From Takakia lepidozioides (Eukaryota > Plantae > Bryophyta), in the NCBI GenBank assembly GCA_030704615.1, contig CM060733.1, positions 27,280,001-27,344,000 on the forward strand: a stretch of DNA of 64,000 nucleotides, read 5' to 3'. Below, in pieces: positions 56,813-64,000 of this stretch (positions are counted from its first letter, which is position 1; every line of letters starts with the position of its first letter). The notes beneath the pieces were generated by a model. The model saw nothing but the letters and a program-made list of their open reading frames with translations. It was not told where the DNA came from and searched no databases. Made by a program: the position numbers and the translations under genes.

Positions 56813-57648
56813 CTCACTCGCTGCAAAACCTGGGTAAATTTCAACCCCAAGTTTCTCTGCTTTCCCTCCTAGCCACCGCACCAGCTCACTCAAGCTATTC
56901 AAAGCATAGCACATGGTTATGGAAGGCTTCAACAAGCATTGCCAAATAGCTGGCTCTCACATAGAATAATACCCCTTGCATTTGTCTCTGTGGTTAAGCA
57001 CAAGTGTTTGTTCCAATCGAGGGTTTAGGATTTACCAAGCTTCCTGGGATTTGGTGGCCCACTGAATCATGGTGGAAGACTTTAGTATGCTAGTTTCCTG
57101 CATGCAACTGTCTCTTCCCCGTCTCTCTGTACACTTCAATACCTGTTCTACATAGGAAAGTAGCAGCATAATTTCCACAAAGTTGAATATGTGGAGAAAA
57201 CAAAAATATTGCACTCAAGCCGGAGTAGGAGAGTAGAAGCTGACCTAATAACAAAGTTACTATTGTTGTTGAAGGGAGATGGGAGTGGCAGTGCACGTTT
57301 CTCAAATAACATCCAAAACTTGTCTTCCACAACTGGCACACGCAGTGGAGCCTGTGTCAAAAGATCCAATTGATATCCTTCAACCAATCCTCATCAGCGA
57401 TAATCTGCTATTATCAAATTATCATGAACGGATGTGTCTCAATTGATTAGCACTCATCAGCAATCACTCCATTTCCAGCTGAATAACATCATGAACGGAA
57501 GACAATCACTTCCCAAGCCATCTACCTCTCTTGCATCATCCAGTTTTCATAACTATGGACTGAGGACATACGCCTTGATCCTTCCAATCTGGAAGGAGCT
57601 CACTGAGTGCCCGTGGTTCAAACACATTTCCCGAAAGTATGTGTGCAC
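56813..57648 (-). pseudogene. ETFQO: Captured three-exon fragment of ETF:ubiquinone oxidoreductase
   Basis: Exons 57648-57572 (GAHILSGNVFEPRAL), 57351-57245 (APLRVPVVEDKFW..LPSPF) and 56894-56813 (SLSELVRWLGGKAEKLGVEIYPGFAASE), with GT-AG introns. Confidence 0.85.
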
Positions 57649-58528
57649 CTGCCACATATACAGGAACAGTCAGGCGCCGAGGTTCTGTATAAATCTCTGT
57701 TGCACGATGAACAACATTGATCATGGCAATAGACACTGAGGCAAGGAAGCAACCTACTGTCATTACGCCCCAACCAACTTGCTATCCATTATGTGCTGCA
57801 AAAGTACAAATTGGTCATCCAAAGCTAGCCTGGCTGTCATCCAGATTGTACAACTAAGCACCGTACAAGAGAGGGGCAGAGAGCTGACCTCTTTCTAGGT
57901 TAATTCTTCTCGGTTGGTCTGAATTCATCTAGATTATGTAGCTAGCACAGAAGCGAATAGTCTCAGTCGATGGTCGTGGGACTGCCAGGGTCTAATTGCA
58001 TGTTTGATATTCAGCTATACGAGAATGATGTTCGAGTGGTACCAAGAGAGCAAGTTTTGGTTTCCGCTATGGAAAGTGCTGATGATGGCGCTGCAATTGA
58101 GGTAGAAGTATGGTGTACGCGTTGACCTTCCCTTGGAGAGATTTTAGCCCCACAATTTTCAAAGTGGCAAATTTGTTGACCAACTACAGCGCGAGGTGCA
58201 AACCTGCAGAATCTATCTCACTGTACACCCGATTTGATCTTCGGGGAGCAGCAGCAGTTGTTGGTCTATTTCTTCGCTGCTCCAATATATTGTCCAGGTG
58301 ACTCGATGTGGGCCATTCTGCACTTGCGCTGTCTGAGTCAATACACTTGTCTTGCTGCTCGCTCTAGATAAGCAAATTACTCCTAGGGCCCTCGTTCTGA
58401 ACAGCACATGGGTAAGCGCATTGATCTTTCGTGTTATGATGCAGGTCCCCAAGAGCAATTGGACACTACAGCCTTGAAGGCTTACACCTTACTGTCAGAG
58501 CTTCAGTAACAACAAGTTTACTGGATCC

Positions 58529-61048
58529 ATGAGTACTCTGCAAATCACTCCACTCACGAGGGCCATCGGCGCCGTGGTCGAAGGCATTTCTCTGGCGGAA
58601 CCGTTGCAGGATGCAGAACAGGCAGCCATCAACGACGCCTTACTTCAGTATCAGGTGCTCTTCTTCCGCAACCAGCCAATCACTCCACACCAATAGCACG
58701 CCTTCGCCAAGCGTTTCGGTGATTTGCACATACATCCAATCTACCCAAACTTAGGCCCCGAGTTAGAGGAAATCATGGTACTGGATGCTGACGGTGATCA
58801 CCCCCCAGACAATGATAAGTGGCACACCGACGTCACTTTCATTGAGACACCGCCCTTGGGCACAATCCTGAGCGGCAAGCTCATACCTCCCGTGGGTGGT
58901 GATACCCTGTTTCCCTCGTTCTTGAAGTGCAGATGGATGAACTTAAAGAGCAATTTCAGTGATCCCCAGCAATTCCCATTTCACTTGTGACACTTTGCAC
59001 ATTCAACTCCAGTCCTGGGTTCTGTTCAAACTTGCAGATAGAGCCTCCTCTTAGGTGCTGTTGTCGACCCTATCCCGATCTCTGCAGCCATACCATCTTT
59101 GCAACTGTTTCAGATCTGAGCATACTGATGTGAGAATTTCTTGCCCTAATAAGCACCAGAATTCCACTAATTAAGAGGTTGACATTGTGGTCTAGGCCAT
59201 CCAGGAAACTACATAGGAGGTGAGAAAGACAGGTTCTCTATGCAAGAAACAACACATGCTTGCCACACATCACTACAAGCTTAAACGCTACCAGTTATAA
59301 GGATGGGGATGAGCATGCATCATCCCTTTCACCTGCTCATTTTCTTTCTAGCTCTCACATATACACAATCATGTGCAGGTAAAGAGCTCATACAATAGAC
59401 AAAGAAGGCCAACTTAAGATTTACAGATGCCAGCTACTTCTTTGTAGAACCCCCCAAATAGAAGCCAAGGCTGCTGAAAGACTGATTGACAGAGATGTAA
59501 AAGCTTCCTGAGGCGAGATATATTTGAAAGAAAGAGAAATGAAATGATACTTTCTATTGAAATCCCAAAGAACTGAAGGGACTAGAGAAAGAATGAAACA
59601 AGAAAGGGAGTGGGGCCCTCAACAAGCAGCTGAAAAACAACTGATAATCAAGGGATTGTCTAAGAGTCAAGGACTTTTGTAGATATGCTGCCAAGCATTT
59701 CTGATCCTCGTAATGGAAGACCTCTATGAAATATTGGCTATCTTGGAATACACAATAGATCACAGAAGAGAAAGAGAAGAAAACATATATCTAGAAAGGA
59801 GAGGGCACAGGAAAATCCAGAGCTCGGAACAAGGAGGCACATTTCCTGTCACACCCAAGTTGTTCCAATCGGACAGAGGGAGACTTCACTATATCTGAGC
59901 CACTATGTGCAGTTCATGTTTGGCTTCAGGCACTTGATCAAACGGTAAAAATTTGAGAAGGTATTTGCAAAGTGTATTACTTCTTGGCTGCATACAAATA
60001 TATTACAGAACTACCTGGAAATACAAAGCTCACCGAAGATGCTACAATCGTAGGGACACGAGGGGAATTGGCTGTATCAAACTTCAGGGCGCTTTAGGGC
60101 GCTTCAGGGCGCTTGATCAACGTAGGAATTCAAAAATGTAATTGCAATGTCTTTCACTTCTGCATATAACTATACTGAGTAACAAAATAAGCTGGAAGGA
60201 GAGGGCATTCTAAAACTCCAAAGCACTCGTCTCACCCAAGATATTACAATCGTAGGGGCAAAGGCGGAAATTGCTATCTCTGAGCCACATTGGTAGTTCA
60301 TGTTTGGCTTCAGGGCGCGCGATCAGCGTCACAATTCAAGAAGGCAGTTGCCATGAGTTTGACAACATAACTCTAATGAGTTATACATCGAGCTGTTCCC
60401 AGCTCATTCCCCAGCGGATCCGCACAAAGGTAAAAGAGAAGAAGACAAACAGAAGAGAGAACGAGAGGCAGACCAGTAAAGGAGAGGGCACAAAGGGAGC
60501 CCATGAAGACGGCATAAAGAAGCATACATATTAGAAGACAACGGACTTCCACAAAACTGTGCTTGACAGAGTGTTGCAGCACTACGAAGCGAACAAGAGA
60601 TCACATGCCTGCGATCCAATCGGCATTGCAGCCTTCGAGGCGCTCTCAAAGCCATTGCAACAATTTCTTCTTGGGCTAAAAGCAGAGCATAGCTTCGTCA
60701 AGTCATTCTCGCAGCCCCGGTACCATACGAAGGTCGAGGGGACCCCAAGGCGCTGTGGGAGGAAGCTGTGAAAGAGCACCCGCCAGTGGTGCACCCTCTC
60801 ATCCGCACTCATCCTGACAGTGGGCGCAAGGCTCTCTTCCTGAGCCAAGGATTCCTGACCCGCATTGTGGATCTGCAAAAGGACGAGAACAATGCATTGC
60901 TGGGATTCCTGTTTGCGCATGCTACAAAGCCCGAATTCACAGTGAGATGGAGATGGTAAGCCAATGATGTGGCCTTCTGGGACAACCGCATATTGCAGCA
61001 CTACGGCGTGGCCGATTACCTTCCGCATCGCCGCATCATGAACCGCGC
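58529..61048 (+). pseudogene. tauD: Bacterial-type taurine/alpha-ketoglutarate dioxygenase, split by a ~1.7-kb insertion
   Basis: 58529-58910 gives QVLFFRNQ, FGDLHIHPIYP, PPDNDKWHTDVTF and GGDTL. 60621-61048 gives GIAAFEALS, HPLIRTHP, KPEFTVRWRW, WDNR..QHY and DYLPHRRIM. It is colinear with E. coli TauD as I recall it. Stops at 58694 and 60957, one frameshift. Confidence 0.88.
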
Positions 61049-61972
61049 ACGTAGAGACTAGAGACACTTAGGGCTACAGCCCACGGGTGGAACCGGAACC
61101 GGAACCGAAACCGAAACCCTAAACCCCAAACCCGGTTCCCACACATGTGGTTGTAGCTGGAACCGCCGGTTCCGGTTCCCACACAATCCCCAATTTCCGG
61201 TTCCGGTTCCGGTTCCGGTTCTGCACATGCGGGTCCGGTTCCGGTCCGGTTCCACATAACCGGAACCGGAACCGGCGGTTACCCGGGGCCCAGGCGGGTA
61301 ACTGCCCAACACTGGTTTATACCGCAGCGGAGGTGTTGGTGGCTCCAAGGCATCACACACCTTGCGCTTCACACCCATCTGAACCTGCGCCCAAACCCTA
61401 TCACCCCACCTAATAAGTAAGAGTAATGCAAATGAAGATCGACCATCAATGTATTCGCCATAGTTTTAGCATTACGTCAAAACTGTTTCAAATATATAGC
61501 GGATTTAGGTGCTTTAGCCAAAACTATTCCTATTTCAGCTATTACCCCGTCTATTATTATGTTTCCATACGCAGGAATACCCCCCGTTAGCTGGATTTCG
61601 TAGCAAATCCTATTTGTTTTTCGCCGTTTTAGGCTGCGGGAGGAGTTGTTACTAGCGTTATCAGTTGTTTTTATTATATACGCTTTGTGAAAATAATGTA
61701 TTTTGATACACCTAAAACAGATGCGCTGAAGGTTATTGAACAGAGGCAGCCAGAGAAAAGGGACTTAGCATGAATGAAAGAGCCTGCGAATTCATTTCAG
61801 CACAGAAGCGCCACCCGCCTGCTAAATAGGCACCCCTAATGTATATCTACAAGCTCATGTTCCAAATATTTACAGCTTTGGTATCCCTACAAACACTTTA
61901 GGGAAATACAAAGTCACAATAACCAATACCATCCAAAACACATAAATACCATACAATAATTGAAGAATTTAA

Positions 61973-62787
61973 CCCTTAAGTTCCCAAGCCCTTTTTTGAC
62001 TTTTTACCAATTTTGGGTACCCAACTGTGGTAAATTGCCCCTAGAAACCTACCAAAAATCATCCAGAGATTCCAGCCTTATAGTAGTGGGCGCAGCTCAT
62101 TTATGCATGACATACCAAAAAATGAGCCAAGTCCACCATGGAAATTGTGAGATTATAGCGTTGGCCCATACCTCAAATATCAGGTCCCAAAGAAAAAGTG
62201 AGAAAGAAATTGGTTTGACCAAATCAAAACCCAGCTTTATCCAATTTTGCTTGCCCCAAGACCCACCATTTCCAAATCAATAGTGGAGTGGCTATGACCC
62301 CACTAAATTGCACGTCCAACTGATTTTTTCACCTATGCTTGCTATTCATGCAATTACACGGGGGTTGAAATCTCAAAATTGACAAGAGAAAATGTGCCTC
62401 CAAATGATTTTTCTACAAAAGTTTTGAAAGCCAATGGTGGATGTGTGTATGTAATGCTCACACACCAGATGGTAAAGTGTTTTTTCCAAAATTGCTAATT
62501 TTCTGCCAAAAATGGCCTTTGGAGTGCAATCTGTTTTGGGCTTGTTTACCTGCCACGTCAGCGGTCAACAAGCCCTTTTCAGGCCCAAAACGTAAAAATG
62601 AGATCTAAGATATTTTTTGTAGGTAGCAGCTTTTGTTTTTTTTTAGTTTTGTTTTTTGCATCATACTCGAGACAAATCCCTTGTCATTAAAGCTTCAGGA
62701 GTGGGCCCCATCAGATTAGATCTGCAAAAACTAGGTCGAACCTCAAATTCAAAGTGACCCGATTCAGGTCACTTGGGAACTTAAGGG
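61973..62787. mobile_element. piggyBac-type MITE
   Basis: Perfect 16-bp TIR CCCTTAAGTTCCCAAG / CTTGGGAACTTAAGGG, flanked by TTAA on both sides; non-coding, 815 bp. Confidence 0.82.
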
Positions 62788-63465
62788 TTAATATGATGAG
62801 ACAAACGGGTTTCGTCAGCGAAATAAATCAAGTTGAGTTTTGCCAGCAAAATTTCAAGGTATCGTCTAATGGTTTCATGGACGAAACAAAATGAGTTGTG
62901 TTTGGTTTTGCGGTAAAAAGACGACATAAGGTTGGTTTATTTTGCTAACAAATTGTTACGTACTTATTGTTTTTATGGACAAACAGAGACACACGAGAGG
63001 CAATCGAGATGAATGGGAGACGACCATTGGTAGAGAGGGCACCCGCCACTAACACACGAGAGGAAACACGTTCTAAATGAAGCTGATGTGTCTAATGACG
63101 TGGAAGGTTTTGGAAGCCGCAAAGACTTCCAAGCTCTTCCGGCTAGAAGTGTCGCACAGCTCTGAAAGACTTTGTCATGACGTGAAATGTAGGGCCCACC
63201 GTCATCTTCATTCTTCCCGGAGACTTCTTTCACGCAGCTCTTTACTATGGAGATCTACACCGTCGATGGTTTCCACAAAATCAAGAAAATCCACGACGGA
63301 TCACCAATGGAATGTCTATCAACTTCCACTCGTGTGTTTGCTGTAACATCCACCCTTGCTTATGTGTCACTTTTCATTGGAAAAATGGGTGGAAGAAGGG
63401 GTGTGAGACGCTCTATTCCACTATCGCTCGTGAGAAAAAGGCCTGAATTGTGTCTAGTTTTGCAT

Positions 63466-63690
63466 ATTGCTAATTGCTACAAATGCCAACTGCACATGAA
63501 TAAATACGCAACTATTAATCAACGAAAAGTGTATCTTCGCGTGGCTTGTGCTCATGTGCTATTCACGTGAGCACAAATTGCTAATTGCTACAAGTGCCAA
63601 CTGCACATGAATAAATACGCAACTATTAATCAACGAAAAGTGTATCTTCGCGTGGCTTGTGCTCACGTGCTATTCACGTGAGCACAAATT
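63466..63690. repeat. 111-bp tandem duplication, each unit ending in a hairpin
   Basis: Two near-identical units start at 63466 and 63577. The second contains a perfect 13-bp stem, TTGTGCTCACGTG-ctatt-CACGTGAGCACAA. Confidence 0.85.
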
Positions 63691-64000
63691 TCACATTTTA
63701 GTTTCGCTAAAGCATTTTTCCGAAAAACATTCTTGGAATATGTGGCATATCCTCTTCTGCTCACGTGAGTAGGCACACAGAGGCATAGGCACGAGCCTGC
63801 CCATGTGGTACCCAACCTCTTCCACGGTTGTGATAGCAAATTGTGTGATATATGCTTACATGTTTTTTGCTAAACCCTGTAATCAAACAAAAAATTCAAT
63901 ATAATTAAAAAATACTATATCAATAATTATGAAAGGTAATAGAGCTAATAAAATATTCTCAATTAAACACCAACAAACTCATGGCACTATTACCAAACAC

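Larger units (their letters stand above)
52608..61314. mobile_element. hAT DNA transposon with transposase and captured gene cargo, 8.7 kb
   Basis: TIR CAGTGTTGGGC(G/A)GTT at both ends, exact 8-bp TSD GTTTATAC (52600-52607 and 61315-61322), and dense subterminal CCGGTT/AACCGG repeats at 52650-52835 and 61090-61280. Confidence 0.93.

Noticed and set aside
58529-61048. tauD as bacterial contamination
   Set aside because: It is embedded between plant hAT TIRs with a matched TSD, decayed by C>T-type stops and interrupted by host-like DNA. Read support should still be checked.
61036-61413. EPEPEP/GTGTG/FRFRF ORFs and a CRISPR-like look of the CCGGTT repeats
   Set aside because: These are hAT subterminal repeats with no repeat-spacer structure, in a eukaryotic context.

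Overview
Eukaryotic, intron-rich land-plant nuclear DNA, probably from a seed-free plant (inferred from gene and TE content, not proven). The left 12 kb holds two apparently intact genes, ARC5/DRP5B (17 coding exons) and histone H2A.X, plus a truncated GnT-II copy. The centre is a three-layer nest. A 22.5-kb Mutator-like element (long TIRs, 9-bp TSD GATTGTGGA, 16865-39330) contains a chromodomain Ty3/Gypsy (LTRs 20685-21407 and 34035-34757, TSD CACAT). That element in turn contains an opposite-strand Ty3/Gypsy whose Pol carries a complete C5 cytosine DNA methyltransferase between protease and RT, and a PHD finger after the integrase. This DNMT+PHD retrotransposon is the standout system. The right part holds a CYP71-clan pseudogene and a truncated NTRC abutting a PLS-PPR gene; the PPR gene has a LINE-like insertion whose TSD creates a frame-restoring GT-AG intron. 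It also holds an 8.7-kb hAT (TSD GTTTATAC) carrying its transposase, ETFQO exons and a bacterial-type tauD, and a TTAA-flanked piggyBac-type MITE. All homology calls come from recognising motifs by eye; no searches were run. Coordinates were counted by hand and may be off by a few bases.
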